Below the pieces are notes generated by a model that made no database searches, was not told where the DNA came from, and saw nothing but the letters and a program-made list of their open reading frames with translations. From the human T2T-CHM13v2.0 reference genome, Homo sapiens: a stretch of DNA of 64,000 nucleotides. Position 1 is the first letter of the stretch. Each line of letters opens with the position of its first letter. This document shows positions 1-16,749 of this stretch, piece after piece. The position numbers were made by a program, and so were the translations under genes. Location: the NCBI RefSeq assembly GCF_009914755.1, contig NC_060941.1, one strand, 5' to 3'.

Positions 1-1215
<1,215 letters not shown>

Positions 1216-2949
1216 ACCCTGCCTACTTCCGTACTCTATTCCTACTCCCTGTACCTGCCCCTTGCTCTGAACGCCTTGTGAGGGAAGATCACGCCTTGTT
1301 CCTCTTGTCATCTCTACAGTGCCAGGCAGGGTGCTCTGAAGAGCACCTAACCTGAGAGTGTTTGTTGAATGAATCCAGGAGCTTTCTTCCCACCGCTCTG
1401 TGGCCACCTGCTTGTCTTCTCCCTCTGAGGCCAATGCCGGTAGAGGAGGGAGGAATTCTAGAGGTGTTCAGGATGGAGCAGGGAGCCTGGAACTCCCCGG
1501 CATTCGAGAAAGGTCTCCTTCCCCCATGCTGGCAGCAAAGTAGAGGGGAAGACACCATCCCGGTGCTCACGGGGACCCAGGAGGAGCAGCGTTTTCAGGT
1601 GTGACACGTGCTCAGGCTCTCTTGGCATCCGTGGGCCACCGCCGTACACAGCAGGACACCTCTGAGATGGAGCGAGGCTGGGAACCTGGTGCACCCTTCG
1701 TGGGCCCCAGCGGGCCTCACACATTGTGCAGACTCTCACAGGCACCAGCCCCACACCAAGCACTGTGCAGTGTTCAGCAATGAATATGACATGGTCCTGG
1801 TCCTCCAGGAGAATGGGATATAATTGCGGAGGCAAATGTCTAGAGTTCTGAGCATCTGAGCAGAATGAAATACGGGCTTAGCTGAGGCATACGCCGGGGT
1901 CCAGCAGAAGGGGAGGTCCAGGAGGCAGCCTCTGAGTGGGCCCACATCTGTGCTGGGGGCTTCCCAGAGGAGGCCCATGAGGGCCACACACCTCCCATCC
2001 CAGCATTGCTACTCCCAGCCTGACTCCTGGCTCAGGAGCAGACTTTCCCACCCTGTTCCTAGTGGGGAGGCTGGTCAGACCCTAAGTGCAGAGGCCTCCC
2101 TGAGCCCACGGGGAGACGTGACTTACCCCCACGGCCCTACGCCAGCACCAGATCAGAGAAGACAGGGTGGGGTGCCAGCCACTGCCAGCCTCCCTACAGC
2201 TCCACTCCCCACCCAGGCCTGCAGCCACCGCTCCACCCATACTCACACATCAGCCATCTCCCGTGGTTCTGCATCTATTTTTACCTCCATTGGCTCCTCC
2301 TCAGAGCCACACTGTAGAGTGGGTGGGGCAGGACTGTGATCCCCATCTTCTGTGAGGGGCAGGGAGGCCCAGAGAGGTTCAGGGACAGCCTCCCGTCCCC
2401 AGCAATGCTGGCTGCACATGCCTTCTAGGCCCCGCCGATGGGCACTCGGTTAGGCAGCCTCGCCTAGCAGTCTGCAAACTCCCCGAAACGCATCCTCACT
2501 GGGCCTCCCTTCTCGACACAGAACCAGAGAGCAGCTGAGCAAAAGGCTGAGGTGGAAGCTCTGAGAGGTGTGTCCAGGAGAGAAAAAGGAAGACCGCTGT
2601 GGTGTGCCGGGCCAGACTCACAGAGCCGGCGTGGTTCCGGGGCCGCCCCGCTCCTCAAGGGATTCTGGCCACCACTGCCCTCCAGTTCCACCGGGAGCCA
2701 ACCTCTCCTACAGGACGGGTCACTGCTGCAGAGAACGCCGTCAGCCCCAGAGCGGGTGGGCCAGGGCCCAGCAGATGCTCCCTGCCTGTCCCGCCTCGGG
2801 AAGGGCACCTGCCCACCTGGCTGCAGCCTCCAAGCCAGCTGTTCCCTCCCCCCTTCAGCTGACCCAGTGCTTTTCCTTCAAGGAAGCTCAGTGACCTCTG
2901 GCTCTTGCCCTTTGCAAACACCCTCTTGCCTCAGCTCGGAGACACCAAG

Positions 2950-4200
2950 TCCCTGTCTCCTGGCTGGGAAGAGGGTGGCCCCTCTCTTGCGGTTGCCGTG
3001 GAAACGGGGGATTCCTGCCCACCCGCTCCAGGGAGGCGGCGAGGCTCGGGCTGACAGGCGCGCCAGGTGACTCCTGGCACAGCCGCCGGAGCCCTGAGCT
3101 GGGCTGGCCTGGAGGGGGCGGCCACCACTGCCCCGAGGACACCGGTCGGGGAGGCAGGCCCGCCCCTCTCCCCCGGGAACAGCTGCCGGGGCCGGGACCC
3201 TCCGCCGAGGGCTTCCACCCGGCCGCGCGCTCTGCGCCCGCATCAGCCATTTCTCCCGCGCACCTTCGGCAGCGCCGGCCCGGCCCCCCCCAGCGCCCAG
3301 GGCGTGTCACGCTCCCACCTTCACAGCCACCAGGAAGGGGGACCCTGAGCCGGGGCTGATCGGGGTTCCCAGCTCGCACTCCTCCAGGAGAAACACATCT
3401 TCGTCCTCCAGAACCTTGTCCAGCAAGCCTATCGCCTCCTCTTCCTCCTCCATGGCAGCCGGAGCCCGCGGAGGGCAGACAGGAAGCGGGGTCCACGCAG
3501 CGGCGGCGGGAGGAGGGAGGAGGGAGGAGGCGGGCGGGAGGGGGGGCAGGTCTACACCCGCGCGCCCGGCCTGGGGCTCCCGACCCGGGACTGCATCCCG
3601 GACCTAGTCCAGCCCGCTCCGCCGCCGCCGCCGCCGCCTCGCGCGTCCTCGCCCGGCGAAAGGGGGAGCAAGGCCCGGGCAGCCCCTGACGCCGTGCCCG
3701 GCCCGTGGCGGAGGCGAACCCGCCGCACAGCAGCCCAGCGCCCTCCTCCGTGTCCCGCCCGGCCCCGCAGGGCCCGCCCTTCCCGGGCTCCGGGGCTCGG
3801 GCTCGCGCTCGCTCCGAACACACAGGAAACGCGCGTCGCGAGGTGGAGCCGCCCGTCCTCTGGGGTTGCGGGGCCGCGGCTGGCGGAGGCTTCTGCGGCG
3901 GAGGAGGAGCGAGGAGGCCGCGGCCGGGCCGGGGTGGGGTGGAGCGGGGAGGCCGCTTCCCAGACGCATCTTCATTCCCCGCGCGCGGCCGAGCCAGGAG
4001 CCCGGCGAGCAGGGGCGACCCCCAGAGCCACCCCGGAGTCCCCATGCGCCGGAGCCCCCTTCCGGAGGGGAGGCCCCGGCCCGCCCAGAAGCCACAGCCG
4101 CGTCCCGCCGCCGCTGGAGGAGTCAGGCTTTGCAACAGACAGGCCTGACCTGCCCCCAGGCAGGAGCGCGGCGCCACCACTGTCCTGCACAGGAGCGGTG
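2950..4200. promoter_or_regulatory. ABR: CpG island / internal promoter and 5'UTR of the short ABR isoform
   Basis: Very high GC and CpG density, several GC boxes, (CCG)6 at 3619-3638; surrounds the alternative first exon. Confidence 0.85.
3319..3453 (-). CDS. ABR: ABR alternative first coding exon (short isoform N-terminus, 45 aa)
   Basis: Minus strand reads gctgccATGG (strong Kozak), then MEEEEEAIGLLDKVLEDEDVFLLEECELGTPISPGSGSPFLVAVK, 135 nt, ending AAG|GTGGGA (phase-0 donor). Matches my recollection of the ABR isoform b N-terminus; lies in a CpG island. Confidence 0.9.
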
Positions 4201-4204
4201 GGCG

Positions 4205-4450
4205 TCCCACTCACAGGGACCAGGATCCCCCTCCTCCAAGCAGCCCCCCTCCTCCGAGCAGTCCCCCCACTCACGGACGCTACTGACACCAGCACCCCCA
4301 CCTCCTCTGAGCAGCCCCCCCACTCACAGACCAGCCCCCCTACTCACAGGCGCTGCAGAGACCAGGACCCCCACCTCCTCTGAGCAGCCTCCCACCTACT
4401 CACAGGCACTGCTGAGACCAGCACCCCCACCTCCTCCAAGCAGCCCCCCC
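4205..4450. repeat. Diverged C-rich minisatellite
   Basis: Repeated actcacag...accagcacccccacctcctctgagcagccccc blocks of irregular length. Confidence 0.7.
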
Positions 4451-6867
4451 AGCCACCCCACCGCAGGGAGCCATCCTGCAAGGGGAGTGCACACAGAACC
4501 CAGGACAGGCACCATCTCCGGCCCTGCCCACTCCCAGCCAGCTTCCCCTGGCTTCTCCAATGGTTGCAGAACCCCCAACTGTGCAGGGAGTGAGGCCACA
4601 TTCTGGTCCCCCTGGCCCTAGTTCCCAGATGCACATACACCTCCTTCCATGGGAGGAGGAGTCCAGAGGAGGCCCTGGGAAAAGCTCTTTTACAACCCAA
4701 CGATGGAGCAAAGGTTGCAAACGGCACCCATGAGGGTGCGGGTGAGGCCTGCGGGTGAGGCCAGCCGGTGAAGCGAGCCAGGTAGGGCAGGGTGAAACCA
4801 CCACTCACTCCAGCCGATGGCTGCTGGAGGAAACGCAAGCTCATGGCTGCCTGATCTCTGTTCAAAATAAGCTAAAATCTGGCTTATTAACAGGAATGCT
4901 CCTGATTTTAAAACGATGGCAAATAATTAACATTTTAAAACAACATGGTGCCGTCTAAATGAACCACACCTGTGGCCCGAGTTCAGGCCACAGCCCCCCA
5001 CTCCCCCCAGAATTCTTCAGAAGCTCTGGGCTCTAGGTGGGGCTCATGCAATTCCATTGGCAGCAGAGAAGCTGCCCTCCCTGGAGAGAGGCTCCATCCT
5101 GTTGCAGAGCTGAAATACAGAGCAGGGGATTGCGGGGTGAGCCCTTGAGGGGCCCCAGGGCTAACAGCCTTTGATCAGGGAACTGTGCCACCAGGGTTCA
5201 ACAGAGGCACACCCCCACCCCACCCATCTCCTTCCAGCCCCTGGTTTTCCCCTGTCCCTGCCTGGGTGGGTTATAAATAGCCAGGGCGCATCTGAAGGGC
5301 CCTTTCAGCCACAATTCCTCATTTGGTGCGGGCGGGTGAGGCTGTGGCGAGGGCTTGGGAACGACCAGGCCTGGCATTCCCCAGGGCACAAGTATGCCAG
5401 CTCAGGGCCTGGTACCACGGGTTCTTCTGTCTCCCGCCCGGCGGGCTCCAAGTGCATGGCATGGGCTGCCCACATGAGTCAGACCTGCAGGTGACACGAA
5501 GAAGGGCCTAAAACCCCACAGGCCCCTGCTGTGTTCCTTCCTCCACTCAAGAGGACATGAGGTGCCCTTGGAAGTCTGCCAGGATATCCTCGTCCCCGTT
5601 CCCCACACCTCTACACGGCATGGTGAGACTGACGCCCACTTCTTCCCAAAATCCCTGAACCCCACACAAGTGACTCCCTGAGTATCCAGGGCCTCTCTAC
5701 TCCACCCTGTCCCCGGTGGCTGGAAATTCCAGTGAGTAATGAGAGTGCCCCTCCATCAGACACAGACTCCACTCACAGGCCCTCGGTGCCCCCCTGGAGG
5801 GGAAGTGACTCACCAGTCCCCACAGCTTCCCTCCCCTTCCCTGACAAATGCCCTGAGCCAGCCCTGGACCTGAGCTCCACACTCCATCTGCCTCGGCCTG
5901 GCTCCTAATGTTCTCCATAGAAGCAGCCTGCTTCAAAGGCCCCCCCAAACGGTTTATTCCAAAGCCAGAGGCCTCCCTCTCCGACTCTTTGGCCTCTGCA
6001 GTCTAGAGTTTCTCCAAGCCCTCAGCTGCCCTGTTGATGCAGGCACTGCCCCGACCACTCTCTGGTGTAGGCTGGCCCTTCATTCTCCCGCCTCCTGTAA
6101 ATGTGGAGTCACTTGCTTGGGCCCAGCCTCAGCCCTCTGCTCCCTTCCCCCAGAGAAGCAGCCCTTCTCCCTTCCAGGCCAGTGGTGGCCCGCTGCCAGC
6201 TGCAGCCCTGGTGTCTTGCTGGGCTCTAGGTCTAGCACCTGCCCCGGCCACTGGGTCTCCTCACTTGGAAGCCCAGCCACGGCCCTTCCACTCCACACAT
6301 CTGGACCAAAGGACCCTTCCTCCTTCTGAAACAGCTTCCCCTTCCGGGTTTCCACTTCTGTTAGTGCGGCCGCCATCTTACGAGTCTTCCTTCCCTCAAC
6401 CCCCACATCCCTTTTACCAAGTCCTTCGGTTCTTCTTTTCCTTTGCCAAAGCCACCACCCCACCAAGCTTTAGAGCCTCTTACACCCACACGACCACACG
6501 TACTTCCCCACTTTGGCTCCTGATCTTGTCTGTCCATCTGTCTGTTCATTCATTCATTCATACCCAGAAAAGGCCTGGCATGGCACACATACGAGGCTGG
6601 GAGACGGGGCCCTTGCCGTTCTCAGGCTCTCGATCCGTCTGGGGTGAGGACGTGTGAACACACGAGGCAGTGTTCTCGTTTACCAGCCACCCTGGGGATG
6701 GAGGACAGTGGCACTAACGCTGCCTGAGAGTGAAAGCTTCACAGGACAGTGGCTTCTGAGTAGCATCTGGAAATAGGGAAGGGTTTCCAGGCAAAGAAGA
6801 GAAGGCCCGAAAGGAAAGGGTTAAGCAGCTTCAGCAACCCGGTTGCAGTGGCGCACCTGAAATCTCA

Positions 6868-7050
<183 letters not shown>

Positions 7051-7251
7051 CTAGAGGACAGAAGATGAACTTGGAGAAGTGGGCTGAACAGCATCATGGA
7101 GGGTGAGGGGCATAAGCACACACCACACCTAGCTACTGTTTGAAATCTTTCGCAGCCACTGAGATTTCTGACACCATCAAGTCTAAATCTCAGTCTCCAA
7201 TGGTTGACTCCCCACAGTCTTCCCCCACACCCACCCTCCATTCCCTCCTTC

Positions 7252-7437
7252 CCTGACCCAATCAGCAAGCATTTGTTAACGCCTGACCCAATCAGCAAGC
7301 ATTTGTTAACGCCTGACCCAATCAGCAAGCATTTGTTAACCACCTGACCCAATCAGCAAGCATTTGTTAACGCCTGACCCAATCAGCAAGCAGTTGTTAA
7401 CCGCCTGACCCAATCAGCAAGCATTTGTTAGCCGCCT
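7252..7437. repeat. 30-31 bp minisatellite, 6 copies
   Basis: Unit cctgacccaatcagcaagcatttgttaac(g/c); runs into an L2-like 3' end. Confidence 0.95.
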
Positions 7438-7542
7438 GCTGTGCACCAGGCAGTGTGCTAGCATCGGAATGCAGCCATGGACAGGGAACCCCGTGCCTAC
7501 CCTCGCGGAGCTGACAGTCTCAGGGACAGATTGACCTGGTGA

Positions 7543-10630
<3,088 letters not shown>

Positions 10631-11467
10631 TAAAGCTAATGTTGAGGAGAAGCCGGTACACAACACTGTTTATACAGTGAAACAAATAAACTAAAACAGA
10701 AAGAAAACTCCCCTGCACTCTGGATGTGAGCCCCAGCTCTGCCTCTTGCCAACTGTGTGACCTGGGCATGTCATCTAGTCTCCCTGTGCCTCCGTTTCCT
10801 CATCTATAGAATGGGGGTAATTACGGCATCAACTCTAGGGCTGCTAGCTAGCCAGAAGACGGAGATCCCAGACAGGGCGTGAGAGCTGTGGGATGAGCCA
10901 GGCCAGCCAGGTGTGGTTCATCAGGGAAGATTAACAGTATGCAGAGGTGAGCAAGATCCCAGCCAGGTGTGAATGTAGGAGGGCCAGAGAGGACGGGAGC
11001 CAGCGATGACGGGACCCAGGGTCACAACCAAGGCACTAGTCTACCTACTTCCGACTTACCTCCTTCCCAACTGGGACAAGCCCAGGAGCCACCCTGAGCC
11101 TCAGTGTCTTCATCTACTAAACGGGGGCAGCCCCATGGCTGGAGGACTTGGGTGGCAGGGCAGCCCCTGGGCTCCTAGCACAGCACCTGGCACACGGGAG
11201 GGTCCAGCTCGTGTCCTTCTCTTTGCAGCAGGGACCCAAGATCCAGGAAGGGGAGAAATGCAGGGGCCGGCTGCTGGGGGGCGGAGGCTGAAACTCGAGG
11301 AGTCCCTGAACCACACAACCCAGGTCCGGAGCAGTCAGGAGGGAGTGGAGCAGGCACCATCTCAGGAGTTCCTGGCTGCCATGCCGCCTCTTCACGCACC
11401 TACCAGCAACCTCGAATCCCAAGCCCTAAGCCTTCTGAAGAGACCAAGAAAGGGAAGAAGAGGCTGC

Positions 11468-13894
11468 AGTTCTTCCCAGCGTTATCCCTGAGCCTGAGTC
11501 CTCCCAGCGTTATTGCCTGAGCCTGAGTTCCTCCCAGCGTTATCCCTGAGCCTGAGTTCCTCCCAGCGTTATCCCTGAGCCTGAGTTCCTCCCAGCGTTA
11601 TCCCTGAGCCTGAGTTCCTCCCAGCGTTATCCCTGAGCCTGAGTTCTCCCCAGCTTTATCCCTGAGCCTGAGTTCTCCCAGCGTTATCCCTGAGCCTGAG
11701 TTCTCCCCAGCTTTATCCCTGAGCCTGAGTTCTCCCCAGCGTTATCCCTGAGCCTGAGTTCCTCCCAGCGTTATCCCTGAGCCTGAGTTCCTCCCAGCGT
11801 TATCCCTGAGCCTGAGTTCTCCCCAGCTTTATCCCTGAGCCTGAGTTCTCCCCAGCTTTATCCCTGAGCCTGAGTTCTCCCCAGCTTTATCCCTGAGCCT
11901 GAGTTCTCCCCAGCTTTATCCCTGAGCCTGAGTTCTCCCCAGCTTTATCCCTGAGCCTGAGTTCTCCCAGCGTTATCCCTGAGCCTGAGTTCCTCCCAGC
12001 GTTATCCCTGAGCCTGAGTCCTCCCAGCGTTATCCCTGAGCCTGAGTCCTCCCAGCGTTATCCCTGAGCCTGAGTCCTCCCAGCGTTATCCCTGAGCCTG
12101 AGTCCTCCCAGCGTTATCCCTGAGCCTGAGTTCTTCCCAGCGTTATCCCTGAGCCTGAGTTCTCCCAGCGTTATCCCTGAGCCTGAGTCCTCCCAGCGTT
12201 ATCCCTGAGCCTGAGTTCTCCCCAGCTTTATCCCTGAGCCTGAGTTCCTCCCAGCGTTATCCCTGAGCCTGAGTTCCTCCCAGCGTTATCCCTGAGCCTG
12301 AGTTCCTCCCAGCGTTATCCCTGAGCCTGAGTTCCTCCCAGCGTTATCCCTGAGCCTGAGTCCTCCCAGCGTTATCCCTGAGCCTGAGTTCTCCCCAGCT
12401 TTATCCCTGAGCCTGAGTTCCTCCCAGCGTCATCCCTGAGCCTGAGTTCTCCCCAGCGTTATCCCTGAGCCTGAGTTCTCCCCAGCGTTATCCCTGAGCC
12501 TGAGTTCCTCCCAGCGTTATCCCTGAGCCTGAGTTCTCCCCAGCTTTATCCCTGAGCCTGAGTTCTCCCCAGCTTTATCCCTGAGCCTGAGTTCTCCCCA
12601 GCTTTATCCCTGAGCCTGAGTTCCTCCCAGCGTTATCCCTGAGCCTGAGTTCCTCCCAGCGTTATCCCTGAGCCTGAGTTCTCCCCAGCTTTATCCCTGA
12701 GCCTGAGTTCCTCCCAGCGTTATCCCTGAGCCTGAGTTCCTCCCAGCGTTATCCCTGAGCCTGAGTTCTCCCCAGCGTTATCCCTGAGCCTGAGTTCTCC
12801 CCAGCGTTATCCCTGAGCCTGAGTTCTCCCCAGCGTTATCCCTGAGCCTGAGTCCTCCCAGCGTTATTGCCTGAGCCTGAGTTCCTCCCAGCGTTATCCC
12901 TGAGCCTGAGTTCCTCCCAGCGTTATCCCTGAGCCTGAGTTCCTCCCAGCGTTATCCCTGAGCCTGAGTTCCTCCCAGCGTTATCCCTGAGCCTGAGTTC
13001 TCCCCAGCGTTATCCCTGAGCCTGAGTTCTCCCCAGCTTTATCCCTGAGCCTGAGTTCCTCCCAGCGTTATCCCTGAGCCTGAGTTCTCCCCAGCGTTAT
13101 CCCTGAGCCTGAGTCCTCCCAGCGTTATTGCCTGAGCCTGAGTTCCTCCCAGCGTTATCCCTGAGCCTGAGTTCCTCCCAGCGTTATCCCTGAGCCTGAG
13201 TTCCTCCCAGCGTTATCCCTGAGCCTGAGTTCCTCCCAGCGTTATCCCTGAGCCTGAGTTCCTCCCAGCGTTATCCCTGAGCCTGAGTTCTCCCCAGCTT
13301 TATCCCTGAGCCTGAGTTCTCCCCAGCTTTATCCCTGAGCCTGAGTTCTCCCCAGCTTTATCCCTGAGCCTGAGTTCTCCCCAGCTTTATCCCTGAGCCT
13401 GAGTTCCTCCCAGCGTTATCCCTGAGCCTGAGTTCCTCCCAGCGTTATCCCTGAGCCTGAGTTCTCCCCAGCTTTATCCCTGAGCCTGAGTTCTCCCCAG
13501 CGTCATCCCTGAGCCTGAGTTCCTCCCAGCGTCATCCCTGAGCCTGAGTTCCTCCCAGCGTCATCCCTGAGCCTGAGTTCTCCCCAGCGTTATCCCTGAG
13601 CCTGAGTTCCTCCCAGCATTATCCCTGAGCCTGAGTTCCTCCCAGCGTTATCCCTGAGCCTGAGTTCTCCCCAGCGTTATCCCTGAGCCTGAGTTCCTCC
13701 CAGCGTTATCCCTGAGCCTGAGTTCCTCCCAGCGTTATCCCTGAGCCTGAGTTCCTCCCAGCGTTATCCCTGAGCCTGAGTTCCTCCCAGCGTTATCCCT
13801 GAGCCTGAGTTCTTCCCAGCGTTATCCCTGAGCCTGAGTTCCTCCCAGCGTTATCCCTGAGCCTGAGTTCTTCCCAGCGTTATTGCCTGAGCCT
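11468..13894. repeat. 28-30 bp VNTR, about 84 copies
   Basis: Unit cccagcgttatccctgagcctgagttcct with variants (ctccccagcttt, cgtcat, ttattgcc). Confidence 0.98.
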
Positions 13895-14249
13895 TCCTTG
13901 CTCCTCCCTTCCTCCTGACTGAACATCCCAGAACTACTTGGTTCCATTCCACAAATACCAGTTGAGAACCCCTAGGTGCCAAGAAGCTTCCACTGGGGTC
14001 CACAGAGATGATCAGGGATTAAGGTCCTGATCTCACAGGGCGGATGCACCCCACAAGTGACCGTGCACACCTCCCAAACTGCAGTAGGATCAGCGGCGGG
14101 GTGGGTGTGAAAGCTTCACAAGGGAGGGCGTGTGAGCGGGACCTGACAGCGCTGTGCAGGCTCTGGCATCATAGAAACCCAAGTTTCAATAACACGCTGC
14201 CCCGCTGGCTGCATGGTCTTGGACAAACAATAATATTAATAGCTATTAT

Positions 14250-16683
14250 TAAGAGATGGAGTCTTGCTCTGTCACCCAGGCGGGGTACAATGCCTATTCG
14301 CAGGCGTGATCCTAGCACCTCTCAGCCTCCAACTCCTGGGCTCAAGCGATCCTCCTGCCTCAGTTCCCCTTGTAGATGGGATTATGGGAGTGAACTACCA
14401 TGCCCAGCTAATCTTAGGCAAATTACGTCACCTCTCCGAGCCCCAGTTTTCACACCTGTAATGTGGAGATGGTTATAGCACCTACCTCATAGAGTTGTTG
14501 GGGCTCTTAAATGAAACCAACACGTGAAAGGTTCAGCACAAGCCTCTCTAAGCAGCTGTGATGAGGGGGAGGAGGAGGAAGAGGATGATAGGGACAATGA
14601 TGATGATTTTTTTTTCCTTTTTTTCTTTTTCTTTTGAGATGGCATCTCACTCTGTCCCCCTGGCTGCTGGAGTGCAATGGCGTGATCTCAGCTCACTGCA
14701 ACCTCTGCCCCCACTGGGTTCTAGCAATTCTCCTGCCTCAGTCTCCCAAGTAGCTGGGATTATAGGCACCTGCCACCACACCCAGCTAATTTTTTGTGTA
14801 TGTTTTTAGTAGAGACAGGGTTTCACCATGCTGGCCAGGATGGTCTTGAACTACTGATCTCAGGTGATCCACCCACCTCGGCCTCCCAAAGTGCTGGGAT
14901 GACAGGCGTGAGCCACCGCACCCGGCCAATGGTGAGGATTTCAATTCGCCTCCACCCTTATCTTTGGGTTCTCCTGCAGGCTGGAGTCTAATCCCCTGTT
15001 TCGATTTTACATTGACAAAGCATTCTGCCAAACACCATCTCACAGAAACCTCACAACAGCTGTGAGGTTTGAGCCCTGTGAGGTCAGGAGGGAGGAAATT
15101 CTCAGTGTCTTCACACTACAGATGAGCAAACTGCAGCTCTGGTGGGGAGTCATGAGTGACACCCCTCAGGCCACACAGTGAGACAGTGGTAGAGTGGGGA
15201 CAAAACCCAGTTCTTCTCTCTGCCTTGTAGCCCCTTTTTACTAAGCTTCCCAAGAGGCAAGCAGACAGAGGAGTCTGTGGCCTGTGGGGAGGCGGGTTTT
15301 CTGTAAGACCATGGTCCTGCCTTAGGAACCTACACCCCCACTTGTCAGCTGAGATGAGTCCTGGCCCTTTCTTCTCAGAGTGAAACTGGGCAGTCTCCGC
15401 TGAATGGAGCCACCCGTGGTCTGTGGGCCTGGCCCTGCCGTGCTGCCCTGCTCAGCCTGGACTTGGGCAGGGTTTATGGGGCAGGGCTTCAGGTTTCACC
15501 CTAATACCTCTGTGGGATCCATGTCTTGGGGACACAAAAGAAGACAAAGGCAGAGTGCAAGGCTGTGGAAGGGCGTGCTGGGGAGAGAGGAGCATGTCCT
15601 GCCAACACCGCAGAGACCCGGCTTCACCCGGGGCCACCCCATGTGGCAGAAAGGAGGTTGATTGCAAAAGCAGGTTCGGTCATGGTGCAGCAGATATTGA
15701 TCAGACTTGGTCTTTGCAGTGGTAATGCTGTTGGCTCCCCAGCCCTCTAAACCTGGCGAGAAAAGTCTTGTGGGCCCTGGTGGCCAAGGGCTGTGCACTT
15801 TGGTGAGCCAGGCCTAATGCTGCAGGCCTCCCCTCATGCTGAAATTCCGCAGCATCTTCCTGCAGCTGCTCACAGTGGGATGGGAGCTGAGTCCCCCCAG
15901 GCAGGGCTCTGAGCCCTGCTGTGGTCTGAGAGCTGCTCACAGTGGGATGGGAGCTGAGTCCCCAAGGCAGGGCTCTGAGCCCTGCTGTGGTCTGAGAGCT
16001 GCTCACAGTGGGATGGGAGCTGAGTCCCCCAGGCAGGGCTCTGAGCCCTGCTGTGGTCTGAGAGCTGCTCACAGTGGGATGGGAGCTGAGTCCCCAAGGC
16101 AGGGCTCTGAGCCCTGCTGTGGTCTGAGAGCTGCTCACAGTGGGATGGGAGCTGAGTCCCCCAGGCAGGGCTCTGAGCCTTGCTGTGGTCTGAGAGCTGC
16201 TCACAGTGGGATGGGAGCTGAGTCCCCAAGGCAGGGCTCTGAGCCCTGCTGTGGTCTGAGAGCTGCTCACAGTGGGGCCTCCTCCCCACTACCTTTCAGG
16301 GGAGTTAGAGCTATCTAGAGACAAGGAGACTGAGGCTCAGCGGTATGAGGACACTTGCCCAATGTCTCACAGCTAAAGAGTAGATTTTCTTTTATTTTCT
16401 TGAGATGGAGTCTCGCTTTGTCACCCAGGCTGGAGCGCAGTGGCAAGATCTCGGCTCGCTGCAACTTCCACCTCCCAGGTTCAAGTGATTCTCCCGCCTC
16501 AGCCTCCTGAGTAGCTGGGATTACAGGCATGTGCCACCACGCCCGGCTAATTTTTGTATTTTTAGTAGAGACAGGGTTTCACCATGTTGGCCAGGCTAGT
16601 CTCAAACTCCTGACCTCAGGTAATCTGGCTGCCTCAGTCTCCCAGAGTGCTGGGATTCCAGGCGTGAGCCACCGCGCCCAGCC
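14250..16683 (-). mobile_element. Alus at 14250-14412 (partial), 14606-14927 and 16386-16683
   Basis: Reverse-strand Alu consensus. Confidence 0.9.
15864..16276. repeat. 66 bp VNTR, about 6.2 copies
   Basis: Unit gctgctcacagtgggatgggagctgagtcccc(a/c)aggcagggctctgagccctgctgtggtctgaga; explains the 22-aa periodic ORFs. Confidence 0.97.
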
Positions 16684-16749
16684 TGAGAGTAATAGATTTT
16701 CATCTGCGCAAAGCTTATCTGCTTTCCATCCTGGGTGGCTGAAGGAATA

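Noticed and set aside
2888-4621. Long ORFs (440, 251, 229 aa) over the CpG island
   Set aside because: Low-complexity Arg/Gly/Pro/Ala translations, mostly with non-ATG starts; stop codons are simply rare at this GC content. The real exon is the 135-nt one in another frame.
11468-13894. AGGGATAAC in the unit resembles part of the I-SceI recognition site
   Set aside because: Only 9 of 18 bp match, which is coincidental; nothing indicates engineered sequence.
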